Shown here piece after piece: positions 8,932-16,522 of a DNA stretch of 30,517 nucleotides (the stretch's first letter is position 1; every line of letters begins with the position of its first letter). Below the pieces are notes generated by a model. The model made no database searches. It was not told the origin of the DNA and saw only the letters and a list, made by a program, of their open reading frames with translations. Made by a program: the position numbers and the translations under genes. Source of the DNA: an uncultured Candidatus Saccharibacteria bacterium (GTDB lineage: Bacteria > Patescibacteriota > Minisyncoccia > UBA6257 > WO2-44-18); the NCBI GenBank assembly GCA_964432465.1, contig CAYSNI010000069.1, positions 1-30,517 on the forward strand. Direction: 5' to 3'.

Positions 8932-8957
8932 AAAAGCCCGACGTACGTCGGGCTTTT
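8932..8957. terminator. intrinsic terminator (perfect 26-bp palindrome)
   Basis: AAAAGCCCGACGTACGTCGGGCTTTT followed by more T. Confidence 0.8.
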
Positions 8958-8981
8958 TTATATGTGGTAATATAGACAGTG

Positions 8982-10091
8982 ATGCTTGCTCTATATAGGA
9001 AATACCGCCCAAAAAATTTCGAAGAACTGCTCGGTCAGCAGGAAATTTCCAAAGTATTACAAAATGCCGCGAAGCTCGGCAGACTAGCGCACGCCTATTT
9101 ATTTTACGGGCCACGCGGTACCGGAAAGACCACAATCGCCCGACTTGTGGCGAAAGTTGCCAACTGTGAAACCCGAAAGAGGGAAAAGCAATTCGCCAGC
9201 CAGGGCGAGCCGTGCAACGAATGTCCGCACTGTAAGGAAATTGATGCTGGCCGCGCGCTCGACGTAGTGGAGATTGATGCCGCTTCCAACCGTGGCATTG
9301 ATGAGATTCGCAATCTGAAAGAAGGCGTGCGCCTCTCCCCTTCTTCTTACGATTTTAAAGTATTTATTATAGATGAAGCGCATATGCTTACTCGGGAAGC
9401 CTTCAACGCGCTTTTAAAAACACTGGAGGAACCGCCGGCGCACGCAATTTTAATTCTCGCCACCACTGAATACGAAAAGATTCCCGCGACGATTTCTTCC
9501 CGTTGCCAGCGTTTTCGTTTTAAAAAACTCTCGATTGAAGACATCACGCAGAAACTGCGGTCAGTCGTCGCTTCGGAAAAAATGGAAGTGACCGATGACG
9601 CGCTGGAACTGATTGCCGCTTCCGCGGACGGCAGCGCCCGCGATGCTGAATCTCTGCTAGGCCAGATCACTTCCCTGGGTGGCACCGTCAACGCTGAAAG
9701 TGTAGAAAAGACTATCGGTAAAGTTGGTTCCGCGCGCACCGCCGAATTTTCGGGGATGCTACTCGCCGATAATTTGAGCGGCGCGCTAAAATATGTGAAC
9801 GAGCTCGATGGTAACGGTTATAATCTGGTAGATTTCAACAAAGAACTGATTCATTATTGGCGGCGCGTACTTTCACTGAAATTCGATCCGACCCTGGAAA
9901 AAATCTTCGCGACCGAGCTCACCAAAAAAGAGTTAGAAAATCTAAAAATTCACGCTACGCTCGTCGACGCCAAAAAACATATCCCCCTCGTGAAATCGCT
10001 CATCCGCGCCTACAGCGAAATGCGCTACTCCCCTTTCGCCATTGTGCCGTTGGAGGTGGCGATCATCGAGAATCTCCAGCCAATTAAATGA
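8982..10091 (+). CDS. dnaX: DNA polymerase III subunit gamma/tau (short form)
   Basis: LYRKYRP, GPRGTGKT, zinc motif, EIDAASN, IIDEAH, FNALLKTLEEPP, SRC. Confidence 0.96.
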   Translation: MLALYRKYRPKNFEELLGQQEISKVLQNAAKLGRLAHAYLFYGPRGTGKTTIARLVAKVANCETRKREKQFASQGEPCNECPHCKEIDAGRALDVVEIDAASNRGIDEIRNLKEGVRLSPSSYDFKVFIIDEAHMLTREAFNALLKTLEEPPAHAILILATTEYEKIPATISSRCQRFRFKKLSIEDITQKLRSVVASEKMEVTDDALELIAASADGSARDAESLLGQITSLGGTVNAESVEKTIGKVGSARTAEFSGMLLADNLSGALKYVNELDGNGYNLVDFNKELIHYWRRVLSLKFDPTLEKIFATELTKKELENLKIHATLVDAKKHIPLVKSLIRAYSEMRYSPFAIVPLEVAIIENLQPIK

Positions 10092-10128
10092 CCTCCTCCC
10101 CGGCTTTAGCCCGGGGAGGAGGTCATTT
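10086..10128. repeat. 18-bp perfect inverted repeat hairpin, resembles IS200/IS605-type end hairpins
   Basis: AAATGACCTCCTCCCCGG-CTTTAGC-CCGGGGAGGAGGTCATTT; contains the dnaX stop. Confidence 0.7.
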
Positions 10129-10146
10129 ATTCTATAATTCTAAGCA

Positions 10147-10776
10147 ATGGAAGACGCAACTCGCTGGGATAATTTCTATAAAAAATCTGACGGGAAAATT
10201 GTTTGGGGCGGAGAAAGAGCCGATTTTTTTGATCAAATAAGGGAAAAATACAACCTGATTGGTGGGCTTTTGCTTGATATGGGATGTGGAGTTGGCGATA
10301 AATCACTTTACTTCACAAAGCACGGCTACAAAACTGTAGGAGTTGATATTTCGCCACTGGCCATAGCTGAAGCCAACAAGAAAGCCTCTACAGTAAAAGC
10401 ACCCGGTCAATTCTTAGTCGGTGATCTAAAAAATATCGGGAAAATACCAGAAATATCCGCGCACTCCTACGATATAGTGTTGGATATTTTAAGCTCACAA
10501 TTCTTAGCTAGCCAAGAAAAAGAAGGTTTCTTTAACCAGTTAGCGGGACTAATTAAACCAAACGGGTACTACTTATTTGAAACATTCGGGAAAAAAGATA
10601 TTAATGATGAAATGCAGGGCGTTGAGGAATGGGTACGCAATATAGCAGTTTCCCCGGAAGAGGTTCTAAAATATTGCGGCAATTACTTTAATATATTAGA
10701 GCGGATTGATAAGCAGAGTGTTAATCATGAAGGAGCAGTTGTGCATTTCTATGTAATGCAACGAAAGGCTTGGTAA
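10147..10776 (+). CDS. class I SAM-dependent methyltransferase
   Basis: LLDMGCGVG, GVDIS, FLVGD, LIKPNGYYLF; visibly AT-rich. Confidence 0.85.
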   Translation: MEDATRWDNFYKKSDGKIVWGGERADFFDQIREKYNLIGGLLLDMGCGVGDKSLYFTKHGYKTVGVDISPLAIAEANKKASTVKAPGQFLVGDLKNIGKIPEISAHSYDIVLDILSSQFLASQEKEGFFNQLAGLIKPNGYYLFETFGKKDINDEMQGVEEWVRNIAVSPEEVLKYCGNYFNILERIDKQSVNHEGAVVHFYVMQRKAW

Positions 10777-10998
10777 GTTTCCACTTACTAAAATTTTCCG
10801 ATTCAGCTACAGCTTCGGTAAATGATGTCCTTGCGAAATAGGCGATGCCCCTAAGAGCGCAAATATAAAATCCAAGCGCAGGAATATCGGCCAAAATTAC
10901 CACGGCTTATTGCGTGTAAACGTCAGGAAAAGCCTAGACTTAAACAGAAAAATTGCTGGCTGGATAAATGGGCTAATTAATGGCATAATCTAATACAT

Positions 10999-11069
10999 TC
11001 CGGGATCGTCTAATGGTCGGACGTCAGACTTTGGATCTGAAAATCGGGGTTCGATTCCCTGTCCCGGAA
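10999..11069 (+). tRNA. tRNA-Gln(TTG)
   Basis: Acceptor TCCGGGA/TCCCGGA (U1-A72), D stem GTC/GAC, anticodon stem TCAGA/TCTGA with CT-TTG-GA, T loop TTCGATT; CCA not encoded. Confidence 0.93.
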
Positions 11070-11094
11070 CAAATAAGGTGATATAATAGACTAC

Positions 11095-11346
11095 ATGGAT
11101 CCACTACAATATTATATTCAAAGTTGGGGCGGAGGGATGTTTGCGGGATTTGGGATAGTGATCGGGCTAGCGGTGCTGCTCTGGTCGCTGTACTGGAAGG
11201 CCATGGCACTCTGGCACGCGGTAAAAAGCGGAGAAAAGATCTGGTTCGTCGCGCTCCTCCTTATCAGCATGATGGGCATCGTGGAGATTCTCTATCTCTA
11301 CTTCTTCAGTAAGAATAAACAAAAAGGATTACCGAAGCTGGATTAA
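11095..11346 (+). CDS. small membrane protein (DUF5652-like)
   Basis: LWSLYWKAMALW...WFVALL...GIVEILY pattern; TGaTATAAT 7 nt upstream. Confidence 0.75.
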   Translation: MDPLQYYIQSWGGGMFAGFGIVIGLAVLLWSLYWKAMALWHAVKSGEKIWFVALLLISMMGIVEILYLYFFSKNKQKGLPKLD

Positions 11347-11362
11347 CTCACTAAATATTTGT

Positions 11363-11767
11363 ATGAAAAAACCACTACTTATTTTAGGATTGGCGTTGGT
11401 GCTAGTGGGAATTGTCACAATATTCTCCGGCGCTCCAGCGGCGGATACTCTTCAACTAGCCGACACCCAAACGGCCTACTCCGATGTGGGGATGGCAAAG
11501 GAGCTCAGTATCTCTGCGAAAAACTACGCATTCGAACCGAAAATCATTATGGTCAACAAAGGTGACCACGTCAGAATCATGCTTACCAATGATGACGGCT
11601 TCCACGACCTTCGGATCGATGAATTTAACGTCGCCACGAAGAAACTCAATACTGGCGGACAAGACATTGTTGAGTTCGTCGCTGATAAAACCGGAACATT
11701 TGAATATTACTGCTCCATTGGAAGTCATCGCCTGATGGGTATGAAAGGAACGCTGATCGTTCAGTAG
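11363..11767 (+). CDS. exported cupredoxin-domain protein
   Basis: Signal peptide; type-1 copper ligands H (FHDL) and C..H..M (YYCSIGSHRLMGM). Confidence 0.85.
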   Translation: MKKPLLILGLALVLVGIVTIFSGAPAADTLQLADTQTAYSDVGMAKELSISAKNYAFEPKIIMVNKGDHVRIMLTNDDGFHDLRIDEFNVATKKLNTGGQDIVEFVADKTGTFEYYCSIGSHRLMGMKGTLIVQ

Positions 11768-11785
11768 TTCGGCTACGCTCACTAC
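11764..11785 (+). repeat. short REP-like hairpin
   Basis: GTAG-TTCGGCTACGCTCA-CTAC; related motif at 15559-15573. Confidence 0.4.
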
Positions 11786-11825
11786 AAATAACGAAATTAA
11801 AAACTGACAGATAACTAATAACAAC

Positions 11826-12290
11826 ATGCTAAAACAAGGCGAGAAGGCTCCAACTTTTTCTCTACCGGACCAAAGCGGTAAAGTTCACAAACTTTCCGAC
11901 TATGAGGGCCAGTGGGTGCTTTTATATTTTTATCCTAAAGACGACACACCGGGATGCACCAAGGAAGCCTGCTCAATCCGCGACAGCTGGCCGGAGTTTA
12001 AAAAACTGAAAGCCGTCGTCCTCGGCGTAAGCGTGGACTCAGAAAAAAGCCACGCCAAGTTCGTGGAAAAATACGAGCTTCCGTTCATTTTGCTCGCCGA
12101 TGACCAGAAGGAATTGGTAGAAAAATACGGTGTTTGGGCGAAAAAGAAATTCATGGGCCGAGAATACATGGGCACGCTCCGCACTTCCTTCTTAATTAAT
12201 CCGAAAGGAAAAATCGCGAAGATATACGAAAAAGTTAAGCCGGAAATCCACGTTCAAGAAGTGCTGACGGATCTGAAGAAGATGAAATAA
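11826..12290 (+). CDS. bcp: thioredoxin-dependent peroxiredoxin Bcp
   Basis: YFYPKDDTPGCTKEAC, GVSVDS, RTSFLI. Confidence 0.93.
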   Translation: MLKQGEKAPTFSLPDQSGKVHKLSDYEGQWVLLYFYPKDDTPGCTKEACSIRDSWPEFKKLKAVVLGVSVDSEKSHAKFVEKYELPFILLADDQKELVEKYGVWAKKKFMGREYMGTLRTSFLINPKGKIAKIYEKVKPEIHVQEVLTDLKKMK

Positions 12291-12291
12291 A

Positions 12292-12317
12292 AAAACCGAC
12301 TCCTAGGAGTCGGTTTT
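12292..12317. terminator. bidirectional intrinsic terminator (perfect 26-bp palindrome)
   Basis: AAAACCGACTCCTAGGAGTCGGTTTT between convergent bcp and the 48-aa ORF. Confidence 0.82.
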
Positions 12318-12321
12318 GGTT

Positions 12322-12468
12322 TCAGAGCCCCTTCGCTTCCAGTCGACTGGCTCGATCAGCCGACCAGTCGTGCAGCCTTTCCAACAGACGGACATTCTCA
12401 CCGAAAATGCCCATGAGAAAGTGCGCGATGCTGTTGTGCACGAACCAGTAAATCCGTGAGCGTTTCAT
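12322..12468 (-). CDS. small His-rich hypothetical protein, 48 aa (not in ORF track)
   Basis: MKRSRIYWFVHNSIAHFLMGIFGENVRLLERLHDWSADRASRLEAKGL*; SD AGGAGG; own promoter and terminator. Confidence 0.7.
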   Translation of the reverse strand: MKRSRIYWFVHNSIAHFLMGIFGENVRLLERLHDWSADRASRLEAKGL

Positions 12469-12495
12469 AACGCCTCCTAAATTCTCTACGCCGAG

Positions 12496-12524
12496 ATTAT
12501 ACCATTAAACCGCCACCAAATCAA
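12496..12524 (-). promoter_or_regulatory. sigma70-type promoter for the 48-aa ORF
   Basis: TTGATT-17 nt-TATAAT with extended TG. Confidence 0.7.
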
Positions 12525-12557
12525 GCGCCCTCCATAGGCGGGTAAATCTGCTCTCTT

Positions 12558-14069
12558 CTAAACAGATCCGAGATCCAAGGTTTGTTCAATATTAATCTGC
12601 TGAATAAACTCGCGGGAGTGGGACACGATAATCATCGCGCCTTCATATTTTTCCAAGGCTTTCGCTACCACCGGCAGATGACGAAAATTAATATGGTTAG
12701 TCGGCTCATCCAAAATGAGTAGTCCGGGCTTTTGTAGGACGAAACGCGCGAACACCAAAAGTCCCTTCTGACCTTCGGAAAGCGAGCCGACTTTATTCCG
12801 GAGAAGATCGCTGTCCAACAGGAAGTTGGCGGCGCAGGAACGGAGCGTCTCATCACTGCCGCTGACCATCACATCTGAAAGCGTCTCGTAAACCGTCTTT
12901 TTGAAATCCAAACCGGAAAAATCCTGCTTGTAATAACCCACCTTAATATCCTCGGCGATCTCCGCGCCCTTCGCTTTTCCGGTAGCCAAAGATTCTAGAA
13001 AAGTGCTCTTCCCCACTCCGTTCGGGCCGGTAATCAGCAGGCGGTCTTTCCGCTTCATCACGATATTCAATTTTTTATTAGCTACCTTACCTCCTTTTAG
13101 CGCCGAGATAGAGGTGATACCGACGATCTTCCATTCTGGCAAAGCGGTATTCTCAAATGCCTGCACTGGAATCACAAAGTCGCGGATGGTTTTATCCTCC
13201 TGGCGGAGATCCACCAGCTGGGATTCCAGCTCATCTATGGCTTCTCTCATTTTCCGAGCCACGTCACGCATTTTCCCGCCTTTTTGCGCGAAAAAATTCA
13301 TCTGATCCTTACGGTTCTGGATGTCCCGTTCCAACATTACGTTTTTCTTGCGCTCACGCTCAATCCGAAGCGCGATCTCTTCTACTACCTTTAAATAGTC
13401 ACCGACGTACTGTTCAACTTTCTTGGTGAAGCTGTCGAGATAAAGCACGCCATGAGTAAAGGCGTTCAAAAAATGGGCGTCGTGAGAAATAACAATGCAG
13501 GTTTTCGGATAATCAATCAAAAACTGGGTCAGATGCTCAATGCCGGTTTTATCCAGATTGTTCGTCGGCTCGTCCAGCAATAGAATATCGGGATTTTGAA
13601 TTAACGCGAAGGCGAGAAGAAGGCGGGCCTGTTGGCCACCAGAGAACTGGCGAAGTTTCTTTTTAAGATCAGCGTCAAGATTGACCACGGCAAGTACTTT
13701 ATTTACTCTCGGTTCGAGATCGTAAACTTTCTTCGAAAACGCGCGGGCGAAATAATCCATCACCGTGTCATCCAACCAATCCACCGGGATCACCTGCTTA
13801 GCAATCGCGACAGTCGCTCCCTCCCGGATACTGATCGTCCCTTCTTCCGGTTGCAGCTCCCGAGTAATCATTTTAAAAATAGTCGTCTTACCGGCACCGT
13901 TCTGGCCCATCAAAGTCATTTTCGCCCGCTCACGAATACTAAATTCCGCTTCCTGCATCAGGGCGTGCTTAGCGGTAAATCCAAAAGTTACCTTATTAAA
14001 ACGTAGCACCACGTCTCCGTGGCCGTATTTCTTCTGTTGAACTGGCTTTTCCGCTTTCGCCTTAGTCAT
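12558..14069 (-). CDS. ABC-F family ATPase
   Basis: Two ABC domains (GQNGAGKT/FSGGQ/DEPTN and GPNGVGKS/LSEGQ/DEPTN), linker, no TM. Confidence 0.92.
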   Translation of the reverse strand: MTKAKAEKPVQQKKYGHGDVVLRFNKVTFGFTAKHALMQEAEFSIRERAKMTLMGQNGAGKTTIFKMITRELQPEEGTISIREGATVAIAKQVIPVDWLDDTVMDYFARAFSKKVYDLEPRVNKVLAVVNLDADLKKKLRQFSGGQQARLLLAFALIQNPDILLLDEPTNNLDKTGIEHLTQFLIDYPKTCIVISHDAHFLNAFTHGVLYLDSFTKKVEQYVGDYLKVVEEIALRIERERKKNVMLERDIQNRKDQMNFFAQKGGKMRDVARKMREAIDELESQLVDLRQEDKTIRDFVIPVQAFENTALPEWKIVGITSISALKGGKVANKKLNIVMKRKDRLLITGPNGVGKSTFLESLATGKAKGAEIAEDIKVGYYKQDFSGLDFKKTVYETLSDVMVSGSDETLRSCAANFLLDSDLLRNKVGSLSEGQKGLLVFARFVLQKPGLLILDEPTNHINFRHLPVVAKALEKYEGAMIIVSHSREFIQQINIEQTLDLGSV

Positions 14070-14098
14070 GAAATGTGCAATAATAATAACACGTTTTT

Positions 14099-14605
14099 AT
14101 GATTTTGGTAACCCACGGTATTATCGGCGCGGCAGTTGGTCGTCTATTTACCTCTCACCCGCTCGTCGCCTTCACGCTCGGTTTCGCGAGCCACTTCCTT
14201 TCCGACGCTATTCCTCACTGGCACTATCCCCTGTTTTCGCAAAAACGCGATCGCGAAAATCCGATGAATAACGATCTTGTTTTGGGGAAGGGATTTTTAA
14301 TTGACCTGATCAATATCGGAATTGATTGCCTACTTGGTCTCGTTCTGCCAATTCTAATCTTCCAAGGCTGGGACGGTTTCGCCAATCCTTCACCCGCCAT
14401 TCTGGCGGGCGCGATCGGAGGCATCCTTCCCGACCCGCTCCAATTTCTATATATGAAATGGAAAAAAGGACCGCTAGTTTTACTTCAACGTTTTCACTTG
14501 TGGATTCACTCCAAGAAAGATATTGATCACCAACATTTCGCGGGCATCGCCGGTCAGTTGCTAATTATTATCGCGGTCATCCTACTTTCGCAAAGCCTCC
14601 TTTAA
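14099..14605 (+). CDS. membrane protein, putative metal-dependent hydrolase-like
   Basis: THG, SHFLSDAIPH, PDPL, HLWIH in hydrophobic context. Confidence 0.7.
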   Translation: MILVTHGIIGAAVGRLFTSHPLVAFTLGFASHFLSDAIPHWHYPLFSQKRDRENPMNNDLVLGKGFLIDLINIGIDCLLGLVLPILIFQGWDGFANPSPAILAGAIGGILPDPLQFLYMKWKKGPLVLLQRFHLWIHSKKDIDHQHFAGIAGQLLIIIAVILLSQSLL

Positions 14606-15349
14606 CTCGCTCAGCTCTCTTTCCGTCAACGAACGGGATTCGCCCGCTTTTAACTTGCCGATTTTTACCGAACCAATTCGTACCCGTCGTAAACTTACTA
14701 CCGTTAATCGCAAGGCATCGCACATCCGGCGAATCTGATGCCGACGTCCTTCTCTGATGATCAGCGAAAAGGAATGCGCGCTCAAACGCTCCGCTTTTGC
14801 GGGCATCGTCATGCCGTCTTCCAAGACTACTCCCTCTTCCATCCGGCGGATTTTTCCGAGTTGAATATCCTCCTGCACACCAACTTCATATTCTTTTTCC
14901 GTCAGATGCTCGTCGCCCGTAACTGCCTTCGTCACCGGGCCGTCATTGGAAAGTAAAATTAGCCCCTCGCTCTCCTTGTCCAACCTGCCAACTGCGTTAA
15001 GGCCGCTGAACTGCGGAGAAAAAGCTGGAATTTCTTCCGTAGCCAAGCCGCGCGGCTTATTGAAGGCAAGAGTTTTTTTACCTTTTAAGCTACCCCCGGG
15101 CTTGACCACCTCCACCTTATCCTTGGATGGATCAACCTGTACGCCCATTTCCCGGACTACCTTTCCATTCAATTTGATCCAGCCCTGTCGGATATAGGCT
15201 TCCGCTTCCCGCCGAGACAGGATCCCCTGCTGGGACAGATATTTTTGAATTCTCATCCCGTTAGAAGTCGCCCTCGCTTCCGGCGAGTGGCTACGGCCAC
15301 CTTGGGGCGGCCTACTTCTAACGGGACGAATCTTTTCACCATTACTCAT
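14582..15349 (-). CDS. rRNA pseudouridine synthase (RluB/RluF/RsuA family)
   Basis: S4 domain RIQKYLSQQGILSRREAE, catalytic GRLDKESEGL, EGRRHQIRRM; start 15349 or 15256. Confidence 0.92.
   Translation of the reverse strand: MSNGEKIRPVRSRPPQGGRSHSPEARATSNGMRIQKYLSQQGILSRREAEAYIRQGWIKLNGKVVREMGVQVDPSKDKVEVVKPGGSLKGKKTLAFNKPRGLATEEIPAFSPQFSGLNAVGRLDKESEGLILLSNDGPVTKAVTGDEHLTEKEYEVGVQEDIQLGKIRRMEEGVVLEDGMTMPAKAERLSAHSFSLIIREGRRHQIRRMCDALRLTVVSLRRVRIGSVKIGKLKAGESRSLTERELSELKEALRK
15256..15326. repeat. 71-bp structured palindromic element
   Basis: 13-bp terminal IR TCCCGTTAGAAGT/ACTTCTAACGGGA plus internal hairpins CTCGC/GCGAG and GTGGC-TACG-GCCAC. Confidence 0.8.
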
Positions 15350-15373
15350 AATGGTGTAAACTTAGCTTATTCT

Positions 15374-15871
15374 ATGACTATTCGCAAAGCCGAAAGCAGT
15401 GACATTCCCGCGATTGTTGAAATGGCCAGACAGATGGCGGATCTTCATCACGCGCTAGATTCGTATTATAAATCATCCACGGCCTACAAAACTCTAGAAG
15501 AAGATTTTTCCGAAGAGCTTGAAGATAAGGACTCAGCACTGATTGTAGCCGAAGACAGTTCGGCCAATCTCACCGCGGGCGGCCGTAAAATTGTCGGCTA
15601 CTTCCGCGGCATGATTGAGCCGGCGCCAACGTACCTTTCTCCGAAAAAAATCGGCATCGTGCATGATCTTTTTATTCTTCCGGAATATCGGAAAAAGCGT
15701 ACCGGTGAAAAACTTTTTACCGCCGCGTTGCAATGGTTTAAAGATAGGAATATTAAGAATGTTGAGCTGAATGTAGACGCCAGAAACATAACCGGCGTTG
15801 CTTTTTGGAAAAAACACGGTTTCTTGGAATATAAATTTCGAATGCGTTTAGACTTGCAGAAAGAAGACTAA
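15374..15871 (+). CDS. GNAT family N-acetyltransferase
   Basis: TIRKAESSDI, LFILPEYRKKRTGEKL, LNVDARN, FWKKHGF; probable start ATG 15374. Confidence 0.88.
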   Translation: MTIRKAESSDIPAIVEMARQMADLHHALDSYYKSSTAYKTLEEDFSEELEDKDSALIVAEDSSANLTAGGRKIVGYFRGMIEPAPTYLSPKKIGIVHDLFILPEYRKKRTGEKLFTAALQWFKDRNIKNVELNVDARNITGVAFWKKHGFLEYKFRMRLDLQKED

Positions 15872-15907
15872 TTGCCTAATCTAAGGAAAGTAATTCGAGG
15901 AGAGATC

Positions 15908-16357
15908 ATGGTTTCACCGCTAAGAATGGCGGAATGGATCCGCGAAAATCTTGAAGAAACAACCTGGGAAGTCAGAGAAAAAGGCGGGCTCGAAGCCGCA
16001 ATCAACCAGGCAAAAGTTCTGATTTCTTCAAAAGGACTGCACATTTTTGCGCCGGATTCGGAAAATCCAGGACAATCGCGCGGCTGTATAATTCCCGTTC
16101 CAGCGCCAAAAAGCTTTCAGAGCGTGCGCAATCTTTGGGAGTGGGTCAGGATAAAAATTTTAAAGAAATCACCGCGAGTCAAAAATAACGAGGAGCGGAT
16201 GGATGATCGGCTACGCGAAACAATTTCGGAAATCAGTAAATTCGCGACTGATCAGTGTTGCGCCCGATATCAAAGAACCAGCGCGGAAATTCACCAGAAC
16301 GACCGGGAAATCCGAGAAATAATCTTCAGCGCCCTCACCGGTGGAAGAGAAAGTTAG
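15908..16357 (+). CDS. hypothetical protein, 149 aa
   Basis: Open frame with SD GAGGAG 5 nt before ATG 15908 and a downstream terminator. Confidence 0.65.
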   Translation: MVSPLRMAEWIRENLEETTWEVREKGGLEAAINQAKVLISSKGLHIFAPDSENPGQSRGCIIPVPAPKSFQSVRNLWEWVRIKILKKSPRVKNNEERMDDRLRETISEISKFATDQCCARYQRTSAEIHQNDREIREIIFSALTGGRES

Positions 16358-16360
16358 TCC

Positions 16361-16385
16361 AATCCCCTGCGTTGGGGGATTTTTT
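16361..16385 (+). terminator. intrinsic terminator
   Basis: AATCCCC-TGCGTT-GGGGATT then T run. Confidence 0.7.
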
Positions 16386-16386
16386 A

Positions 16387-16519
16387 ATTGAGACCTTATC
16401 TGCTCGTACTCGCATTCCTGCTTGCCCGCCTATGGAGGGACTCCGGAATGCGAGTGGATTTTTTAATTAAGACTAATGCTAGTATTAGTGTATATTCTCT
16501 GGTATAATAGGGTCTCAAT
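16387..16519. repeat. 133-bp nested inverted-repeat element (MITE-like)
   Basis: Outer IR ATTGAGACCTTAT/ATAGGGTCTCAAT (12/13), inner IR ACTCGCATTCC/GGAATGCGAGT, 18-bp near-palindrome 16472-16489. Confidence 0.55.
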
Positions 16520-16522
16520 AAA

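Noticed and set aside
10999-11069. tRNA-Gln as an integration site for a prophage or island
   Set aside because: No integrase and no duplicated tRNA 3' end found in the window.
8929-12321. Integron attC sites bounding the single-gene cassettes
   Set aside because: Boundaries are ordinary terminator hairpins; no RYYYAAC...GTTRRRY pairs were recognised and there is no integrase.
15245-15373. N-terminal extension of the GNAT ORF in the track
   Set aside because: It only reflects the palindromic element being open on both strands; the GNAT fold begins at ATG 15374.
16421-16445. Resemblance of CCGCCTATGGAGGGA to some type I-B CRISPR repeats
   Set aside because: No regularly spaced array and no cas genes.
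16486-16504. TAGTGT half-site upstream of obg as a second NrtR box
   Set aside because: The right arm (CTGGTA) does not match ACACTA and obg is not an NAD gene.
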